This document shows, in pieces, positions 47,217-58,864 of a stretch of DNA of 58,864 nucleotides; the stretch's first letter is position 1; each line of letters opens with the position of its first letter. The position numbers and the translations under genes are program-made. Below the pieces are notes generated by a model. The model made no database searches and was not told the origin of the DNA. It was given only the letters and a program-made list of their open reading frames with translations. The stretch spans positions 1,308,140 through 1,367,003 of the forward strand of contig NMRA01000039.1 of assembly GCA_002633005.1 (NCBI GenBank). The letters are read 5' to 3'. This DNA is from Phoronis australis (lineage: Eukaryota; Animalia; Phoronida).

Positions 47217-49359
47217 GCCCTAATAGATGGTGACTTCAGTGCACGAAACGATGATTTTTATATAAACTAGCAGCAAGTTTGTGGTGACTGGCTCCAACGG
47301 CCGGGTGACTGAACTTCGGGCTGGGCGAGTAGATTTTCTGGCTCCGGCTCTCGCCCAGCTGGCGAGCAGGCCGGGTTTTTCAAGACTAAAAGCCTGGGTA
47401 TATCCCTGACTTCCACACTTTTCCAAAAGAGGGAAAACTACGAAGGAATGGCTGAGGAGGGTAAAAGTCTAGTTGCCGTGCGTATTGGTATGTTTTTTGG
47501 AGATCGATTCAATATCAGACAACTTGATTTTTGGTAACGTTGATAAGTCTTTTGACCACACCACCTTGCAGAACGATGCCATGTTTGTCAAGGCGTCTCG
47601 TTTTCGATCAACACGACAGCAGCGCCCCGCGTTCGTGAAATTGAGGTGAATTAACGTAAATTACTAAACTTGGTTCAGTATTATACAGGCGTACATGTCA
47701 ATAGATATTGGTTGCTTGAGAACACGAAATTGCTGTTTTGCTCATTTTAAATAGCCTGGCTGCATTTGCGGTAGTCGATTAACATTCTCCAGTTTCATAA
47801 ATTGACGAGACTCCATTTTCTTTCTTGTTTCCACGTGCTCAGACAGGCTTGTTAAAGATACTAGTTCCGTTTCATTTTTGTTATGAAACGGATCTTTACA
47901 CAAAATAAACTGAATTTAAGACAGACTTTTATCTAATTATTTTTTATTCTTTTGTGAGTTGTACCAAGAAAAGATGGATACCTGGGAAGTGTCAATCGGA
48001 ATTCGAATGTTGCGATGGTACAATATGAACTTGGAATCTCGCTTACTCTCAAGATCGTACATTGGCTTATGTAAACCTGGAATAACGGAGAAAACCTGGC
48101 GTCTTCAATCAAAAAATCACGTGAACGTTACTATAATTCGTTAACGCGTAAATGCATGATCGTGGGATCAATAATTACAAAAATTCTCTACATTGAACAA
48201 AAATTTTACCCGATTTCTTTAATGTGTATTTAATTCCAAGGTCACGCATACCTGATCTTCAGATAAGCAAAATTCAAGTTCACGCACATCAAGTAAGTTA
48301 TGGAAGGCGTTCGGTAGAAGATAGCTCCGTCCTTCGTTGAAACAACTGCTAAGCGTCCATGAGTTGACTATTACCGCGGCCGTAAATTTTTAATTGAAGA
48401 TTAGTTTGAACGCCGGCTGTTATGCATTCTCAGTTGGCAAAGATTGAGGTACAGGTAAGTCATCAACAGACTTCGACGTGGCGCCACTTGTGTTAACCTC
48501 AGTTTTCGGACATGACAGCGTTTTCACGTTCAGTGACTTTACCAGACGAAGGGGGTTCTGAGCGTGTGATAACATCTAGCTTCTTTGTTAACTGCCAAGC
48601 ACAGTCTTTTGTCTGTTATGACAACAGGCACGCCAATTATCTACCAGGTTTATTACAGACCACGTGTGAAGACCGTCAAACCCAGAGTGAATTGATACAT
48701 TCGGAAAGAATAGATCAGTTATCGTAACTTCGGTTGCAGTTGGGCGATTTTGGCGATTCAAAAACTAAACATGATCACCATTTGACGAGGATTTCAGAAG
48801 TGCTATTGGTTTATGTTCAAATATGTTATGACTTAATTTTTATTTATAACAGCAAGCCCCGTCAGGCTAGATACGATCTTATTGAAGATTAGAGCAATTA
48901 TGGAACAAAAGAGAGATGGCCCAAAATATTATTATTTACTTTCTACAAAATTGTGGTGCATTGCTATCAAAATTCGTTGTTAAATTACGATCATTTTTCA
49001 GAAAATTGTGCTGAAATGCCAGGGCGAAATATCGCCGACATATGCGTTGCTGCTGGTCTCGTAATCGTCGATAGGGTTTGAATTCTTGAATAACAATACA
49101 GTTTCGACTCAACAAATTACCTGAAATCCTCCTCAAGTTTTCCAAATAGCGTCTCTTAAGATTTTTAAGTTCTTGTGGAGTCTGAATTAACTGCAGATTA
49201 AGTCCAAATCTTCGCTAGATTGTAGCCCGCAACACGAGAAAAATCTCTGGAGGAACACACGATGATGTCACTTGACGTTTGTTTAGAAATGTGTAAGCGT
49301 GAATGTGACAGTAAGCGTGCGTGTGCTTGTCATCAGTGTTCATTTTCCAGAGTGAATGC

Positions 49360-49529
49360 CAGTGGTGGATTTAAAAGGGGGGGGGGGGGAGAGCAAGGGG
49401 GCCATGCCCCCTCCCTTAAAATTCTCCCACATTCCATTTGGCAGCTTGGGAGTGCGAAAGTCTGATGGGCAAAAGCTTGGCTAATACTTTGCCCTAGTCC
49501 CCCTAACTCAAAATCCTGGATCCGCCCTG
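49360..49529 (+). mobile_element. MITE family A copy
   Basis: Homologous to 4232-4389; TSD aatgc/aatgc. Confidence 0.85.
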
Positions 49530-49959
49530 AATGCGATGTAATGATCTAGGTGTGCATTTTAACCAAAGAAATTAACTCAAGCAGTCAATCAGAGCGTTTT
49601 CTAATATTTAGCACTTACTGACCTCAGTATGCTAAAAACGTTCGAGAATCGTTTTGGCAAGACCGATATGTCACTCACTGAGTCGCCGGGTGAGTGGATG
49701 CGTGACCGTAGTGTTACAGCTATTTTCCGGAAGATTCGGGGTGTAAGGGTGCGAATGTGTTCACTATTAGTGGGTCATTTTGACTAGCAAAAACACCAAC
49801 TATGATTAGTTAAAAAAAAATTCTTAAAAATAATGCAACAATTTTCGTTATTCGAAATTTTCGGAAATTAGTGCCAATATTTATTTCTTGCCGATGCTAT
49901 GTTACCCGTTTCATGAATAGATAGATCCCGACTAAATGTCATCGATGACAGCCGGTACA

Positions 49960-50995
49960 TTATGCAGCGCGCGCTTCTTGGCCGCGTGCTAACACTGGTC
50001 GAGTTTTTTTATTAGTCTTCGATTCACGGTTTTCACGTGTACAAAGACGTTTGGATTCCTGTTGAGGCCGGATAAGATCTGTACCGGCAAGATACAATGC
50101 AATCCTGCTGACAAGTACGCTGCGTCTCAATGTTTTCAAAGTCCAGACCATAGCGGGGCACATCCTTCGTGACGGCGACATCCCGTTGCTCCCAACTTGC
50201 TCGATTCTATAGCCAACAACAAGTTGGGAAGTTTACCCCTGTAGCCAATATCTTACGCGACTGATAACTCCGTTCTGGCTTTCATGATTGGAGGGCCTGT
50301 GCTCTTTTGTTCGATAGTTGCTCTAATCTCCGATCAAATCGTATCTAGCCTGACGGCTGGACTGATAAAAATAAAAGTTAAGTTATGATATATTTGAGCT
50401 TAAACCAATAGCATTTCAGAATTCCTGGTCAAATACTGATCATGTTCCGTTTTTGAATCAGCAAAATCTCCCAACTACAACAGAATTTAAGACAATCTAT
50501 TCTGTCCTAACGGATTACAAACGCACTGTATTTGACTGTGTTCTGAATACGCGTTCGGTAATAGCGTGCAACCACCGTATACTGTACGTTTCCTTTGAAG
50601 CTTGGGAGATAATTGGCCTGTTTGTTAGCATACGGGACAAAAGACTGAGCTGGGCAGTTAACAAAAGAGCCAGATATTATCGCAAGTTCAGCACCCCTCA
50701 CGTCTGGAAAAGTTACCGAACGACAGAACGCTGCAATGCTCGCAATAGCAGCAAAACTTTTGCGTTCTTTTTGAATTGCGGCGTAAGTTTGAAGTTATAC
50801 GGACATAACCGTAAGGCTTGTGGTCTACAAATTCAGGACTGTGGGATCTTTCATTTGATAAATTGGCCTGGAACTGTAGGGAGGGCCTAAGGCATTTTTC
50901 GCATGTAGTTCATGGGCTGGGCGCTTACTTTAGAGAAGTCTGAAAACGCGTGGGGGCTCTTCTTGGGCATGGGCGCTTATTAGGGCAAATAGCGG
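49960..50995 (-). mobile_element. inverted partial copy of the pogo/Tc2-like element, interrupted by repeat 50178-50738
   Basis: 50035-50160 and 50905-50990 are reverse-complement homologs of ~46020-46570 (minus the MITE) and ~45712-45790. Confidence 0.6.
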
Positions 50996-51931
50996 CAGAA
51001 TTACATACAGCAACGTAGTTTAATGCACACAAATCGCATGTCGTGCAAACCAATCGGCCATTCAACATACGTTAATCAATCCCAGTAGCCTTTGCTCAAC
51101 CTAATTTCCGGACATGTGCAATCGTTAAATCGACTGGGTTGCAACTCCGCTATAGAGCACTTCGACATTGCAGTAATCGGTACCCACTATTCCTTTATTG
51201 AAACTATCCCATAAGCCGAACGTGAAATGTCTGGTGAGCTACAATTTGTCTGCGGAAAACTTGGGATACTTTACTAAAAATAGACAGTACTCTCGTAGAA
51301 CCAGAATCTATGGAACAAGCGAGAAGTAATTTGCAGATTCAGTTAGACTGGTTGGTCAGATTGGCAAGTTGATCCCCCCAAAAACAACTAGTATTTGCGG
51401 TGGGTGGACATTTACCTCAAAGAGAACAATACCCTTAGGCTTTAACCTCCATTGAAGGTGTTTTAATGAGACATGATAATTATTGTCCGTTTCCAAAGGT
51501 GTTCAATGTGTATTGTACATGTACATGTATGTCAGCTTGAGCAGTCATAAGAACAAATAATTCTTCACTGAACACCCCCTCCCGTTTTCTATTTAGTATT
51601 GCATGTATTTAGTGGACGGGTTTGAATACTGCGCTTTTCACTTTGTGTGCAGCACCCGCCCCCCAGCCGGGCAGAACCCGACAGATTGCCCTTGTTTTGC
51701 ACCGAGTCAGTACACACGCTAAACCTTACTGGAGTTCTTATGGAGACTTTTACACTTAAAGCGTTAATACAAGTTCAGAGTTGGTAGATGGATCATGGAA
51801 TAAATGTGAATGGACGAAGAAAAGGTGAACTCGTTTTGTTATTTGAAGCTGTGAACGGACTAAAATTGGAAATCTACCCGGGCTAGACCTGAATACCGCA
51901 GGCACAGAGGGGTGATAGTTAATCCCCATAA

Positions 51932-52171
51932 CATGTCGTGAACACATCCACTAAAACAAGAAACTGTAGGAACACCGCATTTATCCACCTTCACTCTTAT
52001 CAGGCTTCTATTGTAAGTCAGCATGCGTGAATAATTGGCTGATAAGCCACCTCTGGAACTACTTTGGGCTGAATGGATGACCAGGCCATAAAATGATAAT
52101 TAGCCAAGACCAGTTACTATAATGCAACAAAGGACAAGTAATAATGTCTTGCATCACCTAGCCTTGGTGGA
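51932..52171. repeat. 240-bp segment duplicated at 54004-54243
   Basis: Near-identical (2 substitutions seen); both copies end at or near single-N joints (52172, 54255). Confidence 0.9.
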
Positions 52172-53654
52172 NTATCCGTTTCACAATATACAACAACTAA
52201 AATCAAATGAAACACGCACATGTGCATATAGAGCTAATACATACTATGACTCTGGACACAATTTAGTCAACAAATAACTTGAACATATCCATGAAAACAA
52301 CCTCGCGTTTCGCTCGACTTTCTTTAACCCGGAGCCATTTTGAGGAATTTACGTGAAATCACGCCTGTTGACAAATAAAAAGTCCAAGGGACAGAAATCT
52401 TTCGAATTTCACTCGATATCTTCCCATGCTATTTCCAAGTGTCACGCGCCAGGTCACGTGCTTCGCTCAGTCTCGCGCTAACCTTTGCCTCATACTCACC
52501 TGGCTCAGTTGAAATACTTCGCGGTTATGGCGCGTGGGGTGAAAATGTTAACAATAATCTAAAAGTGGAGTAGGAAATCTCCACCAAAGTCACCTGAATT
52601 GTCTTTACAATGCTTTTTCAAAGATAAATGTTTAGAAGCAGAAATGATCACTTAAAAAGATAGTAAGCGCCTTTTTAATAGTTTTAAGTGTAGAATGCAT
52701 TTTTAACAAGGTGAAAACTTAATGGGTGAGCGGATTTCGCTTACCGCCAGCTTAAAACACGCGGGACGAAATTAGAACAGAACGTGATGGAATGTATTTT
52801 AGTGCGAATCTGACTCATTTGCCATAACATTGAGGGTTATTTGGCATCATACACACTAAAAATTAAAAACTCGTAGTAAACTGAACAGAATACACTCTGC
52901 TACCGTGTCAGGCAAATGGCCAAACGACAGCTATTGTCCTACTTCCGGTGATGTCACAGTTAAGTCTCACATAATGTCGCGTTGTTGTTATTAAGGAGGC
53001 ACAGAACAGTTCTCACTGGGTTTTGGCCAGCAAAACACACATCACTTGATTTGTCACATTTTCTTCACTCTGTCAAAAAGCGGATGCAAAGAATGACATG
53101 TTTTCAATTATTTCACATAAAAAGCCCTGCAGATGAGCGCAGAAACTTTATTCTCTTTTGTATTTTTGACACTTTCAATCCCACTGAAAACCAAGCTAGA
53201 CTAAGAAAAATAGGGACAAAAAAGCAAAATCGGCACATTTCACCCCCAAAACACCACTTCCCTACCGATGCACGACTAAAACCAACAATAGATTCTGAAA
53301 GAAAATTTCCTACAGATTCCGAAAATGTGGTCCAAAAGTACTGCCAACCAACTAATTTTTTGGCAATTCTTGCTTGTTTGAGGGCTACCTAAAATCACAG
53401 CCAATTTCTCAGTCGCTAACCGGCAATGCACAATTGCAGCCGGGGGTCACTATCTTGAAGAACAGTGCAGCTACAGCAAAGAAAGTGGCCTTTTTATCCA
53501 CAGCATGTTCACAAATACAAACAAACCACATTCACTGAGACTACGTGCAATGCACACCTACAAAATGCCACCAAACTTGGCCTACCCCAAAATTTTAATA
53601 TTTTGGGAGAGCAAATTGGCCGCGGCCGCAGCCTAACTATATAGTGCCACCATA

Positions 53655-56600
53655 CGGATCTCCCTATTTTTTCATTAGCCCATTAGTCAAAGGGGACCTG
53701 CCCAATTTTTTCATTAGGCAATCGGTCGCTACTGACCTGCCCCTTTTTTCATTAGGCGATTAGTCAAAACTGACATGCCCAATTTTTCATTAGGCCATCA
53801 TCCGATATGGACCTGTCCATTTTTTCATTAGGCCATCAGTCGATACAGTGCTGCAAATTTTTTCATTAGGCCGTAAGACCATATGGACCTGCCCAATTTT
53901 TCATTAGGCCATCATCCGATATGGACCTGTCCATTTTTTCATTAGGCCATCAGTCGATATGTACCTGTCCATTTTTTCATTAGGCCATCAGTCTATATGA
54001 ACCCATGTCGTGAACACATCCACTAAAACAAGAAACTGTAGGAACACCGCATTTATCCACCTTCACTCTTATCAGGCTTCTATTGTGAGTCAGCATGCGT
54101 GAATAATTGGCTGATAAGCCACCTCTGGAACTACTTTGGGCTGAATGGATGACCAGGCCATAAAATGATAATTAGCCAAGACCAGTTACTATAATGCAAC
54201 AAAGAACAAGTAATAATGTCTTGCATCACCTAGCCTTGGTGGAAAGCTGTATACNTCTAGTTCAATTTTCCATACCCCGCCGTTTACCTTAAACACCGGG
54301 GCTAGAACCAATTTTATTTAGTGGGAATGTTCATAGCATGCTGTCCATTTTTTCATTAGTCCATCAGTCGATACGGACCTGCCCATTTTTTCATTAAGCC
54401 ATCAGTCGATATGGGCCTGTCCTTTTTATTAGGTTATCTGTCAATACGGACCTGTCCATTTTTTCATTAGGCAATCAGTCGATACGGATATGCCTATTTT
54501 TTGTTATCCCATTAGTCAAAGACTATTTGTCCGTTTTTTCATTGGGCCACTGTGCGGACCTGCCATTTTTTTAATTAGGCCATGCCATTAGTCAAAACAG
54601 ATCTACCAATTTTTTGATTATGCCATCAATCGACACGGACCAGTCCATTTTTTCAGTAGGCCATCAGTCAATACAGTGCTGCAAATTTTTTCATTAGGCC
54701 ATAAGACCATATGGACCTGCCCAATTTTTCATTAGGCCATCAGTCGATATGGACCTATCAATTTTTTGATTAGGCCATCAGTCGATATGGACCCGTCCAT
54801 ATTTTCATTAGTCCGTCAGTTGATACGGCCTGCCCATTTTTTTATTAGGTCATCAGTCGATACGGACCAGCCCCTTTTTTCAATGAGCAATCAGTTAAAA
54901 CTGACCTGCCCAATGTTTCATTAGGCCATCAGTCAATATGGACCTGTCCATTCTTTCATTAGGCCATCGGCCGACATGAACCTGTCCATTTTTTAATTAG
55001 TCCATGAGTCGATACGGATGTGCCCAATTTTTCATTAGGCCAGCAGTCGATATGGACCTGTCCTTTTTTATTGGACCATCAGTCAATACGGATCTGCCTA
55101 TTTTTTCATTAGCCCACTAGTAAAAGAGGACCTGTCCATTTTTCATTGGGCTACTGTGCGGACCTTCCCATTTTTAATTAGGCCATTAGTTTAAGCAGAC
55201 ATACACTTTTTATTCATTATGCCATTAGTCGATACGGACCTGTCCATTTTTCAGTAGGCCATCAGTCGATATGGACCTGTCAATTTTTTCATTAGGCCAC
55301 CAGTCAATACCGTCCTGCAAATTTTTTCATAAGGCCATCAGTCGATACGGATCTGTCCATTTTGTCATTTGGCCATCAGTCAATATAGACCTGCCCATTT
55401 TTCATTAGGCTATCAGTCGATATGAACCTGTCCATTTTTTCATTAGTTCATCAGTCGATACGCACCTGCCCATTTCTTCGTTACTCCATCAGTCGATACG
55501 GACCTGGCCTTTTTTTCTTTAGGCCATCCGTCGATATGGACCTGTCTATTTTTCATTAATCCATTAGTCAAAACTGACCTGCCCAATTTTTCATCAGGCC
55601 ATCAGTCGATATGGACCTGTCAATTTTCTCATTAGACCATCAGTCGATATGGCCCTGTTAATATTGTCATTAGTCCATCAGTCGATACGGACCTGCCCGT
55701 TTTTTCATTAGGTCATCAGTCGATACGGACCTGCCCATTTTTTCATTAGGCGATTAGTCAAAACTGGCCTGCCTAATTTTTCATTAGGCCATCAGTCGAT
55801 ATGGACCTGTCCTTTTTTGTTAGACCATTAGTAAAAGAGGACCTGCCCATTTTTTCATTGGGCCTCTGTGCGGACCTGCCCATTTTAAATTAGACCATTA
55901 GTCAAAACAGACCTACCCTTTTTTCATTATGTCATCAGTCGATACGGACCTGTCCATTTTTCAGTAGGCCGTAAGTCGATACGGACCTGTGCATTTTTTC
56001 ATTAGATCATCAGTCAATATAGACCTACCCATTTTTCATTAGGCCATCAGTTGATATGAACCTGTCCATTTTTTCATTAGTCCATTAGTCGATATTGACC
56101 TGCCCCTTTTTTCATTAGGCAACTTGTCAAAACTGAACTGCCCAATTTTTTATTAGGCCATCACCCAATATGGACCTGTCCACTTTTTCATTATGCCATC
56201 AGTCGATATGTACCTGTCCATTTTTTCATTAGTCCATCAGTCGATAAGGACCTGCCCATTTTTTCATTAGGCCACCAGTCAATACAGTCTTGCCAATATT
56301 TTCAGAAGACCATCAGTCGATACGGACCTGTCCATTTTTTCGTTAGGCCATCAGTCGATACGGACCTGTCCATTTTTTCTTTAGACCATCAGTCAATATA
56401 GACCTGCCCATTTTTCATTAGGCCATCAGTCGATATGAACCAGTCCATTTTTCCATTAGTCCATTAGTCAATATTGACCTGCCCCTTTTTTCATTAGGCA
56501 ACTTGTCAAAACTGGCTTGAGTTCAGTAGACGCTAGGACCTACGCTAGGACCTTGCAAAAACCTAGTCAAAGTCACGTGTTCTCATTTAAAATGCACGGC

Positions 56601-57930
56601 AATATCTCACGTAATCTCGCGAAGTCTTGCTTTTTAGCGAGGTCCTAGCGTTACTGAACGGGAGGCTGAACTGCCCAATTTTTCATTAGGCCATCACCGA
56701 ATATGGACCTGTCCATTTTTTCATTATGCCACCAGTCGATATGTACCTGTCCATTTTTTATTAGTCCATCAGTCGATACGGACCTGGCTTTTTTTTCATA
56801 AGGCCATCAGTCGATATGGACCTGTCTATTTTTTCTTTAATCCATTAGTCAAAACTGACCTGCCCAATTTTTCATTAGGCCATCAGTCGATATGGACCTG
56901 TCAATTTTCTCATTAGACCATCAGTCGATATGGCCTTGTTAATATTGTCATTAGTCCATCAGTCGATATGGACCTGCCTGTTTTTTCATTAGGTCATCAG
57001 TCGATATGGACTTGCCCATTTTTTCATTAGGCGATTAGTCAAGACTGACCTGCCTAATTTTTCATTAGGCCATCAGTTGATATGGACCTTTCCATTTTTT
57101 CATTAGTCACTCAGTCGAAACGGACCTGCCAATTTTTTCTTTAGGCCATCAGTCGATACGGATCTGCTCATTTTTTCATTAGGCCATCAGTCGATATGGA
57201 CCTGTCCATTTTTTCATTGGGCCGTCAGTCGATATGGCCTTGTTAATATTGTCATTAGTCCATCAGTCGATATGGACCTGCCTGTTTTTTCATTAGGTCA
57301 TCAGTCGATATGGACTTGCCCATTTTTTCATTAGGCGATTAGTCAAGACTGACCTGCCTAATTTTTCATTAGGCCATCAGTTGATATGGACCTNTCTTTA
57401 GGCCATCCGTCGATATGGACCTGTCTATTTTTCATTAATCCATTAGTCAAAACTGACCTGCCCAATTTTTCATCAGGCCATCAGTCGATATGGACCTGTC
57501 AATTTTCTCATTAGACCATCAGTCGATATGGCCCTGTTAATATTGTCATTAGTCCATCAGTCGATACGGACCTGCCCGTTTTTTCATTAGGTCATCAGTC
57601 GATACGGACCTGCCCAATTTTTCATTAGGCGATTAGTCAAAACTGGCCTGCCTAATTTTTCATTAGGCCATCAGTCGATATGGACCTGTCCATTTTTTCA
57701 TTAGGTTATCAGTCGATATGTACTTGTCCATTTTTTCATTAGTCCATCAGTCGATACGGACCTGCCCATTTTTTCATTAAGCTATCAGTCGATATGGACC
57801 TGTCCTTATTTATTAGGTTATCAGTCAATACGGACCTGTCCATTTTTTGTTAGGCCATCAGTCGATACGGACCTGTCCATTTTTCATAAGGCCATCAATC
57901 GATAGGGACCTTTCCATTTTTCAGTATGCC
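53655..57930. repeat. satellite array, ~37-38 bp unit, roughly 100 copies
   Basis: Consensus ttttttcattaggccatcagtcgatatggacctgtcca. Interrupted at ~54004-54340 and 56515-56665. Confidence 0.97.
56515..56665. mobile_element. MITE family C copy inserted in the satellite
   Basis: Inverted homolog of 17795-17945 with TSD ctg/ctg. An uninterrupted unit (aaaactgaactg) lies at ~56129. Confidence 0.88.
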
Positions 57931-58864
57931 ATTGGAGGCACAGAACAGTTCTCACTGGGTTTTGCCCAGCAAAACCCACATCACTTGATTTGTCACCTTT
58001 TCTTCACTCTGTCAAAAACAGGATACAAAGAATGACACGTTTTCAGTTATTTCACATAAAAAGCCCTGCAGATGAGCGCAGAAACTTTATTCTCGCTTGT
58101 ATTTTTTACCCTTTCAATCCCACTGAAAACCAAGCTAGACTAAGGAAAATACGGGCAAAAAATTGCAAAATCGGCACTTTTCAACACATAAACACCACTT
58201 CCGTGCCGATGCACGACTAAAACCAACATTAGATTCTGAAAGCAAATGTTCTACAGATTCCGAAAATGTGTTCCAAAAGTACTGTTAACGAACTAGTTTT
58301 TGGCAATTCTGGCTTGTTTGAGGACTACCTAAAATCGCAGCCAATTTCTCAGTCGCTGCTCAGCAATGCACAATTTCAACCGGGGGCCACCATGTTGAAG
58401 AAGAGTGCAGCTAGAGCCGAGAAAGTGGCCTTTTTATTCTCAGCATGTTCACAATTGCAAACAATCCACATTCACTGAGCCTACATGTAATGCCCACCTA
58501 CAAAATGCCCCCAATCTTGACTACCCCAACATTTTAATATTTTGGGGAGTGCAAATTGGTCGCCGCCGCAGCCTAACTATTCAGTGCCACCATACGAATC
58601 TGCCTATTTTTTCATTAGACTATTAGTCAAAAAGGACCTGCCCATTTTTTCATTAAGCAATCGGTCGGAACGGACCTGCCCCTTTCATGAGGAACCCTTT
58701 CCAGCTGAAAATTGACCGTCGGACGGCCTTCGTCCGACGGTTGGAGTTTGCTAATTCGAACACAATAGCCCATTGAATTCAGTCCAGTTGCCTGGGCTGC
58801 TTGGTCACGTACGTAATCCTTTAATGACACCTCATTATGCCATAAAACTACGTGCCTGTCGACT

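Larger units (their letters stand above)
52995..58754 (+). mobile_element. Helitron/Helentron-like non-autonomous element in tandem, carrying a satellite array
   Basis: A ~660-bp leader at 52995 is repeated at 57934, each followed by satellite units. A perfect 11-bp GC-rich hairpin at 58715-58741 is followed 9 nt later by CTAA|T. Confidence 0.6.

Noticed and set aside
53655-57930. CRISPR array
   Set aside because: Contiguous degenerate monomers with no unique spacers, no cas genes, and a eukaryotic context.

Overview
Eukaryotic, AT-rich animal genomic DNA, probably a marine invertebrate (inferred from intron structure and repeat types). It has one 732-N gap and several single-N joints. The left end holds the last four coding exons of YME1L1, the mitochondrial i-AAA/FtsH protease (+ strand, stop at 3566). 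The rest is mostly transposon-derived: LINE fragments, Penelope-like relics with decayed hammerhead motifs, an apparently full-length L1/Tx1 element spanning the gap, many MITEs, a THAP relic, a 5-kb TTAA-flanked DNA transposon, and a ~38-bp satellite inside a Helitron/Helentron-like element. The standout is a 540-bp young non-coding LTR element (TRIM, 18584-19123). It has 153-bp LTRs with 1 mismatch, a tRNA-Ser PBS, a PPT and a 4-bp TSD, and each LTR carries a tRNA-derived RNA polymerase III A/B-box promoter. Also notable are a two-exon gene, only partly visible in the ORF track, for a 119-aa predicted secreted 4-Cys protein (24402-24895), a motif-dense promoter with a putative spliced non-coding transcript, and many TACATGTA footprint-like palindromes. 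All calls were made by eye; no database searches were run.
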